A program made the position numbers and the translations under genes. From Planctomycetota bacterium (GTDB taxonomy: Bacteria; Planctomycetota; UBA1135; UBA2386), in NCBI GenBank assembly GCA_046290465.1, contig JBKAGP010000001.1, positions 3,456,001 through 3,520,000 on the forward strand: a stretch of 64,000 bases of DNA, written 5' to 3'. The notes under the pieces were generated by a model. It did no database searches, was not told the DNA's origin, and saw only the letters and a list, made by a program, of their open reading frames with translations. This document shows positions 27,915-37,707 of the stretch, piece by piece. The number at the start of each line of letters is the position of its first letter. The stretch's first letter is position 1.

Positions 27915-29999
27915 CTACTGGTAGGTGTAGGTGCCGGTCGTCTGGCAACCGTTCGGGCTGGTGATGACGATCGGCACCGCCCCCGGCGAGCCGGCCGGCA
28001 CCGTCGCGACGATCGACGTCATCGACTGCGAGATCGGCGTCAGCGCCACGCCGCCGAGCGTCGCGGTCGTGCCGATCAGGTTGTTGCCGATCAGGATCAG
28101 CGTGTTGCCGCCGGCAGCCGGCCCCGACGCGAACGGGATGTTGGTGATCACCGGCGTGCCGTTGAACGGCAGCGAATCGGACGCGCCCCCCGGGTTGCCG
28201 ACCGCGAGCGTCGCGTCGCAGCCGACCCCGTTGGGCATCGTGAACGTCACCGCGTTGGGCGAGATGTAGTTGAGCGGCACGAACGCGCCGTCGACCGTCG
28301 CGACGATGCCGGGGAAGAAGTCAGTCCCGGTCACGTTGACCTGCTGGCCCGGCGTCGGCGAGAACGGCGTGACCGTCGCCAGCGACGGCGCCGGCAGCGG
28401 CTTGATGCGCAGGAACACCGCGTTGGTGGCCGCAAACGTGCCCTGCGTGTCGACGACCATCGCGCCCTGCAGCGCCGCGTCGAGCAGGATCGGCAGACCC
28501 GGCACGTTGAGCTGGAACGGCGCGGGCCCGGTCGCGAGCGGCGCCCCCAGGCCGAACGAGTCGGCGATCAGCGCGGTCGGCGCGCCGGTCAGGATCGGAT
28601 CCGGCGTGAAGCACAGCGCGTTGGTCGCGCCGGTGATCGGCAGGCCGGCACCGATCGCCGGAATGCCGTCGTGCGCCCACAGCGCGAACATGCCGACCGG
28701 GAACGTGCTGGGCGTCACCACCGGCGCGTCGAGCGTCAGCGTGAACGGCTGCGCGAAGCCGACCTCGACGACGCGGTCGGTGCCGGTCGAACCGTTGACC
28801 TGCAGCGCGCCGAGCGCGCCGCCCTGGCCGTCCGGGATCGCGCCGCCGCCGCAGGCACCGAACAGGTCCTCGACGGTGATCATCGGCTGCGGCCAGATGC
28901 CGACGCGCCCGAACTGGTCGGTGACCGAGATGTCGAGCACGGCGAGGCCCGACTCGAGCGCGCCGCGCATCGCGAACTCGTAGGTGCCGTTGGGCAGCGC
29001 GGTGACCGGGCTGAACGACACGTTGCCGACGGTGCTGTTCAGCGCCAGCCGCGCCTCGAGCGGCAGGCTGTTGCCGAGCGGGTTGTTCTGCGCGTCGCGC
29101 AATTCGACGTTGACGACCACCTCGTCGAGGCCGTTGGCGCGGATCGTCGTCGCGCTGACCGTCGCGGTCGACGTGTAGTGGTCGGGCCGGCCGATCTGGT
29201 TGGCCTTCCACGCGTTGAACTGCGTCTGCAGCTGCAGCACCGGATCGGGCGCGCTGGCCGGCTGGTTGGCGATGTTGATGTCGAGCCAGTAATCGCCGGC
29301 GCCGCAGCCGAGTCCGCCGTTGCACGGCGCGTCGACGTCCGACGGCCGGCTGACGATCATCAGCGCGATGTGCGACGACTTGGTGAAGTTGGCCGGCGGC
29401 GCCCCGCACGCGGTCGGCGCGGTCGGCTGGCACGAGCAGCGGCCGTCGCCGCCCATCACGCGCGCGGCCTCCATCGCGGCCATCAGCTTGTCGGGCAGCG
29501 TCCCGGGCGTGTTGATCAGCGCCTGCTCGGCGGCCGTCACCACCGGCTGGCCGGTCAGCACGTTGCCCTGGATCGCGTAGCGCAGGTTGCCGGTCTGGCC
29601 GGTGACGCCGCCGGCCCAGATGCCGGCGCCGGTGCCGGTGAACGTCACTTCGCCTCCGGTCAGGCTGACGATGCCGTACTGGCGCGACTGGTGGCCGCCG
29701 TCGGCGTTGGCGAGTTGCAGCAGGATGTTCTGTGCGGTCTCGCCGGTCAGGAAGCCGTCGCGGATCAGCTGCCGCAGCGACAGCGGTCCGACGAACGACT
29801 GCGCCGCCGCGACGCCGCGGCCGGGCACCACGACTACGGTGTTGGGACGCAGGTCGAAGCCGGTCAGGCACGTGGCGATGCCGACGGCGACCTCACCGGT
29901 GGCGAGGTTGACGACGACGATCGACCAGGTCGCCGACGCGTTGGCGGTGAGCAGCAGCAGGCCGGCGAAGAACGAGAGGAGGGCGCGAACGCTTGGCAT
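27915..29999 (-). CDS. secreted DUF1028 (Ntn-hydrolase-like) protein with Ig-like and IPT/TIG domains
   Basis: Signal peptide, then TWSIVVVNLATGEVAVG, RQYGIV, QGNVL, GGDGRC; ANGLDEVVVNVELRDAQNNP (Big_1-like); two C-terminal IPT/TIG-like repeats (VTGTDF, GPAAGGNTLILIGNNL). Confidence 0.85.
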   Translation of the reverse strand: MPSVRALLSFFAGLLLLTANASATWSIVVVNLATGEVAVGIATCLTGFDLRPNTVVVVPGRGVAAAQSFVGPLSLRQLIRDGFLTGETAQNILLQLANADGGHQSRQYGIVSLTGGEVTFTGTGAGIWAGGVTGQTGNLRYAIQGNVLTGQPVVTAAEQALINTPGTLPDKLMAAMEAARVMGGDGRCSCQPTAPTACGAPPANFTKSSHIALMIVSRPSDVDAPCNGGLGCGAGDYWLDINIANQPASAPDPVLQLQTQFNAWKANQIGRPDHYTSTATVSATTIRANGLDEVVVNVELRDAQNNPLGNSLPLEARLALNSTVGNVSFSPVTALPNGTYEFAMRGALESGLAVLDISVTDQFGRVGIWPQPMITVEDLFGACGGGAIPDGQGGALGALQVNGSTGTDRVVEVGFAQPFTLTLDAPVVTPSTFPVGMFALWAHDGIPAIGAGLPITGATNALCFTPDPILTGAPTALIADSFGLGAPLATGPAPFQLNVPGLPILLDAALQGAMVVDTQGTFAATNAVFLRIKPLPAPSLATVTPFSPTPGQQVNVTGTDFFPGIVATVDGAFVPLNYISPNAVTFTMPNGVGCDATLAVGNPGGASDSLPFNGTPVITNIPFASGPAAGGNTLILIGNNLIGTTATLGGVALTPISQSMTSIVATVPAGSPGAVPIVITSPNGCQTTGTYTYQ

Positions 30000-30067
30000 G
30001 GACCGTCATTGTCGGCAAGGCAGCCCTGCCGTCCAGACGCACGAGCGAACGGCGGAGCGCAACCGCG

Positions 30068-31468
30068 CTACTTCGCGTGCTCGTCGAAGAACGCGAACAC
30101 GTCCGGCAGCGCGACCTGCACGATCGCGAGGTGCTCGACGGCGGGGTCGACCCGGAAGCTGGCGGTGGCGCCGGCAGCCTCGATCGCCCGGTGCAGCCGG
30201 CGCGCGCCGCCCAGCCCGAAGTCCCGTTCGCCGGCGCAGACGAAGAACGGCAGCCTGGCGAAGGCCTGCGACGCCCGGACGCTGCCGCCGCCGGCGATCG
30301 GCGCTGCGGCGCGGAACCGGTCCGGCCGACGGGAGACGTTCTGCATCGTCTGCACCGCCCCCATCGAGTGGCCGACGACGAACACGCGCTCGCGGTCGAT
30401 CGGGTAGCGCTCGGCGAGCGCGTCGACCAGACTCGCAATGTCGACGAAGCCCATGCCGTTGCGCGGCGACACCACGAACCAGCCGCGGCGCCGGGCGAGC
30501 TCGACGCACAGCCCGTCGCCGTAGCCGTCGAAGAACAGGTTCTCGCTGCCGCCCGCTCCGTGCAGCGCGACGACGATCGGGCGCCTTCCCTGGTCGACGG
30601 CCGGCGCGAACAACCGCGCCGCGACCGTGCGCCTGCCCGTCGGCACGCGCAGCCGGAACGAGCCGGGGCGCTGGCCGTGGTAGCGGTGCTGCTCGCGCGA
30701 GTCGTCGAGCCAGCCCACCAGACGTTCGGCCTCGAGCAGCAGCGCGCGGCCCGCCAGCTCGGTCTCGTAGGCGGAGCGGCGCAAGGTGGTGCGCAGCAGG
30801 TTGGCGAGCGCCGGCAGCGTCGCCGACTCGATCGACTTCGGCGTGATCTTGCGCGCGGTCGCGGCCGCCGCGAACACCCGCTCCAGCCGCGCGTCGAGGT
30901 CCGCCACCGCCGCAAACGCCATCGAACGCGCCAGCACCGGCTGCTGGTCCCGCTCGATCCGCCACGCGAACGTGTGGTCGCCGACCGGCAGATCACGCAG
31001 CTCGCGCTCGATCTCGAACGGCACCGCGGCGATCGGCCGTCGCTGCCACGGCGCGTCGTCGTGCACGCGCCAGGCGAACGTGAGCTGCTGCCGCGCATCG
31101 GCCTCGTACAGCTGCGAGACCTCGATCTGCAGCTGCGCGCTCCCGGCATCGACCAGGCGACGGCCGAGCTGCAGCTGCAGGCTGCGCGCGAAGCGCTCGT
31201 CCGCGGACGCCTCCGCGCCGGCCAGGGCGACGTCGGCGGCGTCGACCGCCGCGGCGACGCTGGCCATGTCGAGCCGGAAGAACGCCTGCACGGCGCGCTC
31301 CAGCTCGACGAATGCAGCATCGCGGCGCGCCGGATCCGGCACCTCGGCGAGGTGCCGTTCGAACGCCCGCAGGCGCAGCCCGAGTTCGTGGCGGCCGCCC
31401 TGAGCGGGCAGCGCGGCCGCGGCCAGAGCAGTCAGAGCAGCCAGCGCGACGCCGCGCGCGCGCCGCAT
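30068..31468 (-). CDS. secreted alpha/beta hydrolase (phospholipase/carboxylesterase-like)
   Basis: ATG at 31468 coupled to the upstream stop; VVALHGAGG, VGHSMG, GERD, VEH. Confidence 0.85.
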   Translation of the reverse strand: MRRARGVALAALTALAAAALPAQGGRHELGLRLRAFERHLAEVPDPARRDAAFVELERAVQAFFRLDMASVAAAVDAADVALAGAEASADERFARSLQLQLGRRLVDAGSAQLQIEVSQLYEADARQQLTFAWRVHDDAPWQRRPIAAVPFEIERELRDLPVGDHTFAWRIERDQQPVLARSMAFAAVADLDARLERVFAAAATARKITPKSIESATLPALANLLRTTLRRSAYETELAGRALLLEAERLVGWLDDSREQHRYHGQRPGSFRLRVPTGRRTVAARLFAPAVDQGRRPIVVALHGAGGSENLFFDGYGDGLCVELARRRGWFVVSPRNGMGFVDIASLVDALAERYPIDRERVFVVGHSMGAVQTMQNVSRRPDRFRAAAPIAGGGSVRASQAFARLPFFVCAGERDFGLGGARRLHRAIEAAGATASFRVDPAVEHLAIVQVALPDVFAFFDEHAK

Positions 31469-34400
31469 CACTTGCCTCCCTTGCGGGCGCGATCGCGGGC
31501 CTCGAGCTCGAGGCCGACGTCGATGTCCCACTCGACGGTCTCGCCGTCACGGATCGTGCGCACGATGCGGATGTCCTCCTTGCCCTGCTCGCGCAGCACC
31601 GCCGTGTAGGTGTCGGGCGGCACGCTGCCGAACTCGTACCAGCCGGAGTTCTCGACGCTGTCCTTGTTGGACATCAACCGCTTCATGATCGTGAACGTCG
31701 AGAGCCGGCTGACGACCGGCTTGCCGTTGCCGTCCAGCAGCGTGATGTTGCCGAGCGGGATCTGCTGCTTGTCGACGTTGGTCGCGCGCACCCGCAGCGT
31801 CGCACCGCGCACCACGCGCAGTTCGACCTCGGTCGGCAGGTCCTGTTGCACCGCGACGTCGTCGAGCTTGCCGGCCTCGAGCGCCTCGCTCTCGACCCGC
31901 AGCGAATACGACCCCGGCGTCAGCCCGACGATCTCGAAGCGGCCGTCCTCGCCGGTGCGCACCGGCCGGGTCGTGCCGATCAGGTCGAGCAGCGGGTTGC
32001 CGCTGCGACGGCGCTGCTCGCGATCGTTGTCGACGTAGACGATCTCGGCGTTGGCGACCGGCGCGTTGGAGCCATCGAGCACGATGCCGGTGATCGCACC
32101 GGCGAGCGGCACGGTGACGACCAGCCCGCTCAGCTCGGTGACGCCGTCGACGCGCACGTCGTCGAGCCGGCCCTCGCCGTAGAGCTGCTCGCCCTCCTGT
32201 GGCCGGCGGCGCGGGCCGCGGCCCATGCGTGCCCCGGCGGTCACGCGGTAGGTGCCGGCGGCGACCGACTTCATCGTGAACTCGCCCTGCTCGTTGGTAC
32301 GCGCCTGGCTGAGGCCGTTCTGCGCGATCATCCCGATCAGGCCGCTCTGGCCCGACAGGCCGCTGTCGTCGCTGCCCAGCGTGACGCGCAGGTTCGGCAC
32401 CGGGTTGCCGCGGGTGTCGACGACGACGCCCGAGATCGTGCTGGTCGGCAGCTCGATGTCGAACGCGTATTCGCGCAGGCCCTCGGGCACCTCGAGCTCG
32501 AACGTCGTCTGCACCGGCTGGCCCTGGAAGCGCGTGACCTGCATCACGTAGTCGCCGGGCTTGATGCCGACCAGCTCGTAGCGGCCGCTCATGTCGGCGG
32601 CGTTGGCGCGCACGCCCATGCCGAGCAACCCCTGGCGGTCGCTGCCGAGCAGCGTGATCAGCGCGCGCGGCACCACCTGGCCGTTCTCGCGAACGGTGCC
32701 GAAGATGCGCACGCCGTCCTCGCCCTCGTCGTGCACGTCGAGTCGCGTGGTCTTGCCGCGCCGCACGGTCACCGTCTTGAGCCGCATGTTGCTCATCAGC
32801 TCGAGCGGGATGTTGTCGGCGCGCTCGTCGAGGCGCGACTTGAACACCACGTACTGGCCCGGCGGCAGGCCGTCGATCTTGTAGTAGCCGTTCTGGTCGG
32901 TGGTGCCGCTGCGCATCGATCCCGCCTGCAGGCTGAACGCGACCATCAGCGCGTCGGGCAGCGGTCGCGTGCCGAGGCCGGTGACGGTGCCGTCGATCGC
33001 GCCGCCGGCGTCGATGACGATCTCGACCGGCGGCGTCTCGATGCCGGCCTGGATCGCGACGTTGGTGGTCGACGACTTGGCCATGTCCGGGTGCCGCGCG
33101 GTGAAGCGGTATTCGCCCGGCGCCAGCGCCGGCACCGTGAACGCGCCCTTGGAGTTGGTCAGGGCCGCTCGCTGGTTGGTCGACAGCGCCAGGAAGTCGA
33201 AGTCCTCGGGGTCGACCTGGAACAGGCCGCGCAGGCCGCCGCGACCGTCCTCGTCGTCGTCCTTCTTGTAGGCGGTCACCTGCGCGTCGCTGACCGGCGC
33301 GCCGGCTTCGTCGACGACGAATCCGGACACCGACTCGCCGCCGCCGCAGACGAACAGCAGGTCCTCGACGGTCGCCCCCGGCTCGAGGTCGACGGTCTGG
33401 TTCTCCGGCGGCAGGAAGCCGTCGGCGCGCACGCGCAGGCGCACGCGGCCGGGCGGGATGCCGGTCAGTTCGAAGCGGCCGTCGGTCGCCTTGACCTCGC
33501 GCCAGTTGCCGTCGAGGCTGCGGTTGCCCATGGTCATGCCCTCGGGCATCTGGCGGGTGCGCTTCTCGCGCATGCGCTGCCACGGCGGGCCGCCGCGACC
33601 GCGACCGCGCCAGCCGCGTCGGTCCGAGCTGGCGTCGATCGCGATGACGTTGCCGTCGTCGTCCCGGGGGATCTCGCGGCTGCGCGTCTCGATGCGGTAG
33701 CGCGTGATCGGCTGCTGCTGGTCGCCCTCGCCGACGACGACGCGGCCGCGGATCGTCACGCCGCGCTGCACGCGCACGACGATCTCGGGGTCGTCGAGCT
33801 CGAAGCCCGACGCGATCGCGGTGGTGTAGCCCGGCTTGCTCGCCTGGATGATCAGCCGTTCGCCGGTCATGCCGCGCACCAGGAAGCGCCCGGACGCGTC
33901 GGTCTTGGCGGTGACGCGGCGAACCTTCAGCATCATCTTGAGGAACTGCGGGTCGTTCGGCCGCTCGAACGGCCGCACCTCGACCTCGGCTCCGGCCACC
34001 GGATCGTCCTGGTCGTCGACGACCAGGCCGGTCACCGGCGAGCCGGTCGCGACCTGCAGCAGCACGTCCTCGTAGACGCCGCCGTCGACGACGGCCAGCT
34101 CGACGATGTTGCTCGGCGCGACGTCGTCGGCCGCGGCGACCACCGCGACGCGGCCGGCCGCGACGTGGTCCATACGGAAGTAGCCGTCGGCATCGGTCAC
34201 CAGCGGCTCGTTGCGGCCGTCGGCCGAGAACAGCACGCGGCTGATGTCGAGGTAGACCATCGCGACGTTGGCGCCGGCGAGCGGTTCGCCGTCCGGATCG
34301 AGCACGCGCCCCGCGACGATCGCGCCCTGGTGCGCCTGCACCGACAGCGTCGTGACCTGGCCCGCCTGCACCGCGACGCCGTGCACTTCCTCGAGCGCGA

Positions 34401-35181
34401 TCGACGGCGCGGTGACCGCGACGGTGTAGCCGTTGCCCTCGGGGATGCCGGGGATGTCGAAGCGGCCCTGGTCGTCGGTGACGGTGTCGAGCCAACGGTA
34501 CTGGCGGTCGGTGATCTGGCCGAGGAACGCGTTGAGACCCGGCCGCACGCTGACGTTGGCCCCGGGGGCCGGCGCGCCGTCGGCGCCGAGCACGATGCCG
34601 CGCAGCCGGCCGCCGGGCGAGGCACGCAGCTCCAGGCCTTCGACGATCTCGCCGCGGGCGACGCGCGTCGGCGTCGGGGTGCGCACGAACCAACCGTCGC
34701 TGCGCCCGTCGAGGAACAGGCGACCCGGCGTCAGGCCGGTGATCTCGAACGTTCCGTCGGGGTTGCTGACGGTCCGGCCGAGCTCGCGGCGCGGCGCGCG
34801 CGTGTCGACGAACATGCCTTGCTGGAACAGGCCGCGGAAGCGGTCGACCAGCGGCGCGAGCGACGGCTGGTCCTTGACCGCGACCACCTCGACGCCGCCG
34901 AGCGGCTGGCCGGTGCGTGCGTCGACGACGATGCCGCGCACGCCGGTGGTGCGGTCGCCGGTGACGGCTTCGGCGCGTTCGGCCGGGACGACGGCGCCGC
35001 CGTCCACACTCGCCGACGCCAGCCCCCCGGTCTGCGCCTCGGCGACGGGGTCGTCCGGTCCACCGTTGGGCCCGGTCGGGAGCGAAACGTCATTGGCACT
35101 GCCGAAGCCATACATCCCGAACAGGACGGCGGCGACGACGAGGACCGCGAGCACGACGGCTACGGCAGCTCGGTTCTGCAT
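31468..35181 (-). CDS. large membrane-anchored carboxypeptidase-regulatory-like (beta-sandwich repeat) protein
   Basis: N-terminal transmembrane helix; many G-x-V-x-D...G-x-P...A-x-V and TD..G.F...PG repeats. Confidence 0.88.
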   Translation of the reverse strand: MQNRAAVAVVLAVLVVAAVLFGMYGFGSANDVSLPTGPNGGPDDPVAEAQTGGLASASVDGGAVVPAERAEAVTGDRTTGVRGIVVDARTGQPLGGVEVVAVKDQPSLAPLVDRFRGLFQQGMFVDTRAPRRELGRTVSNPDGTFEITGLTPGRLFLDGRSDGWFVRTPTPTRVARGEIVEGLELRASPGGRLRGIVLGADGAPAPGANVSVRPGLNAFLGQITDRQYRWLDTVTDDQGRFDIPGIPEGNGYTVAVTAPSIALEEVHGVAVQAGQVTTLSVQAHQGAIVAGRVLDPDGEPLAGANVAMVYLDISRVLFSADGRNEPLVTDADGYFRMDHVAAGRVAVVAAADDVAPSNIVELAVVDGGVYEDVLLQVATGSPVTGLVVDDQDDPVAGAEVEVRPFERPNDPQFLKMMLKVRRVTAKTDASGRFLVRGMTGERLIIQASKPGYTTAIASGFELDDPEIVVRVQRGVTIRGRVVVGEGDQQQPITRYRIETRSREIPRDDDGNVIAIDASSDRRGWRGRGRGGPPWQRMREKRTRQMPEGMTMGNRSLDGNWREVKATDGRFELTGIPPGRVRLRVRADGFLPPENQTVDLEPGATVEDLLFVCGGGESVSGFVVDEAGAPVSDAQVTAYKKDDDEDGRGGLRGLFQVDPEDFDFLALSTNQRAALTNSKGAFTVPALAPGEYRFTARHPDMAKSSTTNVAIQAGIETPPVEIVIDAGGAIDGTVTGLGTRPLPDALMVAFSLQAGSMRSGTTDQNGYYKIDGLPPGQYVVFKSRLDERADNIPLELMSNMRLKTVTVRRGKTTRLDVHDEGEDGVRIFGTVRENGQVVPRALITLLGSDRQGLLGMGVRANAADMSGRYELVGIKPGDYVMQVTRFQGQPVQTTFELEVPEGLREYAFDIELPTSTISGVVVDTRGNPVPNLRVTLGSDDSGLSGQSGLIGMIAQNGLSQARTNEQGEFTMKSVAAGTYRVTAGARMGRGPRRRPQEGEQLYGEGRLDDVRVDGVTELSGLVVTVPLAGAITGIVLDGSNAPVANAEIVYVDNDREQRRRSGNPLLDLIGTTRPVRTGEDGRFEIVGLTPGSYSLRVESEALEAGKLDDVAVQQDLPTEVELRVVRGATLRVRATNVDKQQIPLGNITLLDGNGKPVVSRLSTFTIMKRLMSNKDSVENSGWYEFGSVPPDTYTAVLREQGKEDIRIVRTIRDGETVEWDIDVGLELEARDRARKGGK

Positions 35182-35304
35182 GGGTGGTCAGGGGGAGAGC
35201 CCCGCGGGGGCACTGCGGGGCGGGCGAGGGGTGGACGGCCCGAACGTGGTCCTGTCGGAGAAATGACGCGGAACGGCCGGAGCTCGGATCCGTCGGACGG
35301 CACA

Positions 35305-37707
35305 ATGGCGACGATGCGGGTCGCCTGGGTCGTGCTGCTGGTCGGACTGCTGGTCGGACTGCTGGCGGGGATCGCCTGGTGGCTTCGGCACGACGGCGCG
35401 CCCGCACCCCCAACGGCGACGGTGACCGAACTGCCGCTGCCGAAGAGCCTGCAGCAAGTGCGGCCGGCGTCGGACTCGCCGACACGGCGCGAGCACGTCG
35501 CGGAACCAGTCGCTGCTGCTGGGCCCGATGCGGCCGACGACACGGTGTTCGCAACGATCACGGGCCGGTGCGTTCGCCAGGAGGACGGGGCCGGTTGCGC
35601 CGACTGCCGGATCGAACTCGATCGCCCGGGCGCCGACACGCTGGTGGCCCGCAGCGACGGGCGCGGCACGTTCTCCCTGGCGGTCCCCACGGCCAGCGAC
35701 AGCTACCACCTGACCGTCTCGGCGAACGGGCGCGTCACCCGCTACAGAGACCTCGACGAGCTGCGCGCGGGCGCGACCGAGGACCTCGGCGAGCTGCCGA
35801 TGCAGCGCGGCTTCCTGGTGCCCGGCCAGCTGGTCGACACCGAAGGCGCGCCGGTCGCCGACGTGCACCTGACGGTCGCCGGCTTCGACAACCAGATCCC
35901 GGCCGGCCACACCCGCTTCGGCGCGTCGATCGCGACGACCGACGCCGCCGGGCGGTTCACGTTCGACGGCGAGATCCCGCACGGCACCTGGCAGATCCAG
36001 CTGCAGGGCGACTACGTGCTGCTCGAAGACCGCTTCTCGATCGTCGGCGACCAGGCGCCGACGCTGCAGCTGGTCGTGCGTGCGCTATCGCGGATCCAGG
36101 GTCAGGTGCTCGGTCCCGACGACCACCGCATGACCCACATCGTCGTCGCCACCGCCGATCGCGCGGTCCGCGCCGAGACCAACGCGGTCGGCGACTTCGT
36201 GCTGCGCAGCGCCGAGCCGCGGCACGGTCCGGTCGACCTGGTCGTCGACGACGGCGCCAACTGGCCCGACGCGCCGCGCACGCGCGCGCACTGGGGGGAT
36301 CACGGCATCGTGATCCGGCTGCCGGAGACGCCGCCGATCGAGGTCGAGGTCGTCGACGACCGGGGCGAGCCGGTCGAACGGTTCGGCCACCGCTTCGCCA
36401 AGGGTGGCCGCGCGTCGCAGAGCGCGCCGCCCGAGGACCACCCGGAGGGCCGGCTGCGGCTGCAACCGGGTGGACGCGGCACGTTCGTGCTGCGGGTGTT
36501 CCCCGAGTCCGAGCGCTGGGCGGCGTCGCCGCCGCACCAGGTCCTGGTCACGGCGACCCGGCAGCCGCGCCTGCGCGTGACGGTCCCGAGGCTCGACGAC
36601 GCCACCGTGCAGGTGCTCGACGCCGACGGTACGCCGGCGGCCGGGGTCGAGGTCACGCTGTTCCGCACCTACGCGGGGGTCGCCCAGCACACCGGCATCG
36701 TCGACCTGCGCCGGCCGATGTACCACCACGCCGGCGACCACAACGAACGCGTGTCGGGTGGCCGAAGCGACGGCCGCGGCAGGCTCACGATCCCGACCCC
36801 ACGCGATCCGACCGGCCTCTTGCTGCGCGTGCGGCAGGGCAACGCCCGACCCGACGACACCGTCGCGACTGCGCTCGCGCGCGAGCGGCGCCAGACGCTG
36901 GTGCTGCAGCGCTACGGACAGGTCGTCGGCCGGGTCGAGCTGCGCGGTGCCGACCACCGCGACTACGTCGTCGGCCTGTTCGACGCGGACGGCATCCGCG
37001 TCGAAGGCGCGAGCACCGCCCGGCTGAAGGCCGACGGCAGCTTCCGCAGCCCCCCGCTGCGGGTCGGCAGCTACCGCGTGCGGCTGATGAACGCGATGGC
37101 CGTGTCCGGGCCGCACACGTCGATGACGTCGTTCGTGCCGTGCCGCGTCGACGGCGCCCTGCTCGAACGACGGGCCACGGTCGCGGCGGACACGCCGGCC
37201 GAAGTGACGTTCGCGGTGCCGCAGCGCACGTTCGGGCGGCTGCGCGGCCGCCTGGTGCCGACCGACGGCGCCGGGCTGCCGGCGACGGTCTGGCTCGAAT
37301 ACGCCGACTACGACCTCGGCGCGCGCGGCGAGTTCGCCGTCGATGCGCACGGCGACTTCCACGCGACCGGCCTGCAGCCGGGTCGCTACCGGGTCGCGGT
37401 CGGGCGACCGGTGCGCGCGGGCGTGCTGGCCGAGGTCGTCACGGTCGTCGCCGGCCAGACCGTCGCGCAGTCGTTCCACTACGAAGGCCGCACGGTGCGG
37501 GTCGACCTGCTCGACGCTCGCGGCGCTCCGGTCGAACGAACCTGCTGGGTCCGCTACGCCGGCCGCACGCGCCGCATCTACGACGGCCGCTCGGTGACGT
37601 TCGCGTGCGCGCCGACGATCCCGGTCGCGTTCGCCCGCACGCCCGAAGGACCATGGACGGCTGCGAGCCTGCTCGACCAGCCGCACGTGCGCGTCACGCT
37701 ACCGTGA
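35305..37707 (+). CDS. membrane-anchored carboxypeptidase-regulatory-like repeat protein
   Basis: ATG at 35305 or 35314, transmembrane helix, repeats GQLVDTEGAPV, TTDAAGRFTF, VVDDRGEPV, VLDADGTPAAGV. Confidence 0.8.
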   Translation: MATMRVAWVVLLVGLLVGLLAGIAWWLRHDGAPAPPTATVTELPLPKSLQQVRPASDSPTRREHVAEPVAAAGPDAADDTVFATITGRCVRQEDGAGCADCRIELDRPGADTLVARSDGRGTFSLAVPTASDSYHLTVSANGRVTRYRDLDELRAGATEDLGELPMQRGFLVPGQLVDTEGAPVADVHLTVAGFDNQIPAGHTRFGASIATTDAAGRFTFDGEIPHGTWQIQLQGDYVLLEDRFSIVGDQAPTLQLVVRALSRIQGQVLGPDDHRMTHIVVATADRAVRAETNAVGDFVLRSAEPRHGPVDLVVDDGANWPDAPRTRAHWGDHGIVIRLPETPPIEVEVVDDRGEPVERFGHRFAKGGRASQSAPPEDHPEGRLRLQPGGRGTFVLRVFPESERWAASPPHQVLVTATRQPRLRVTVPRLDDATVQVLDADGTPAAGVEVTLFRTYAGVAQHTGIVDLRRPMYHHAGDHNERVSGGRSDGRGRLTIPTPRDPTGLLLRVRQGNARPDDTVATALARERRQTLVLQRYGQVVGRVELRGADHRDYVVGLFDADGIRVEGASTARLKADGSFRSPPLRVGSYRVRLMNAMAVSGPHTSMTSFVPCRVDGALLERRATVAADTPAEVTFAVPQRTFGRLRGRLVPTDGAGLPATVWLEYADYDLGARGEFAVDAHGDFHATGLQPGRYRVAVGRPVRAGVLAEVVTVVAGQTVAQSFHYEGRTVRVDLLDARGAPVERTCWVRYAGRTRRIYDGRSVTFACAPTIPVAFARTPEGPWTAASLLDQPHVRVTLP

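Noticed and set aside
24909..29999. DISARM/BREX/restriction-modification defence island around the methyltransferase
   Set aside because: The neighbours are ilvA and a secreted DUF1028 protein; no helicase, PLD nuclease, PglZ or restriction subunit is seen.
31312..35304. N-terminal 1300 aa of the 2131-aa ORF
   Set aside because: Antisense to the well-supported 31468..35181 gene; the real protein begins at about 35305 with a TM helix.
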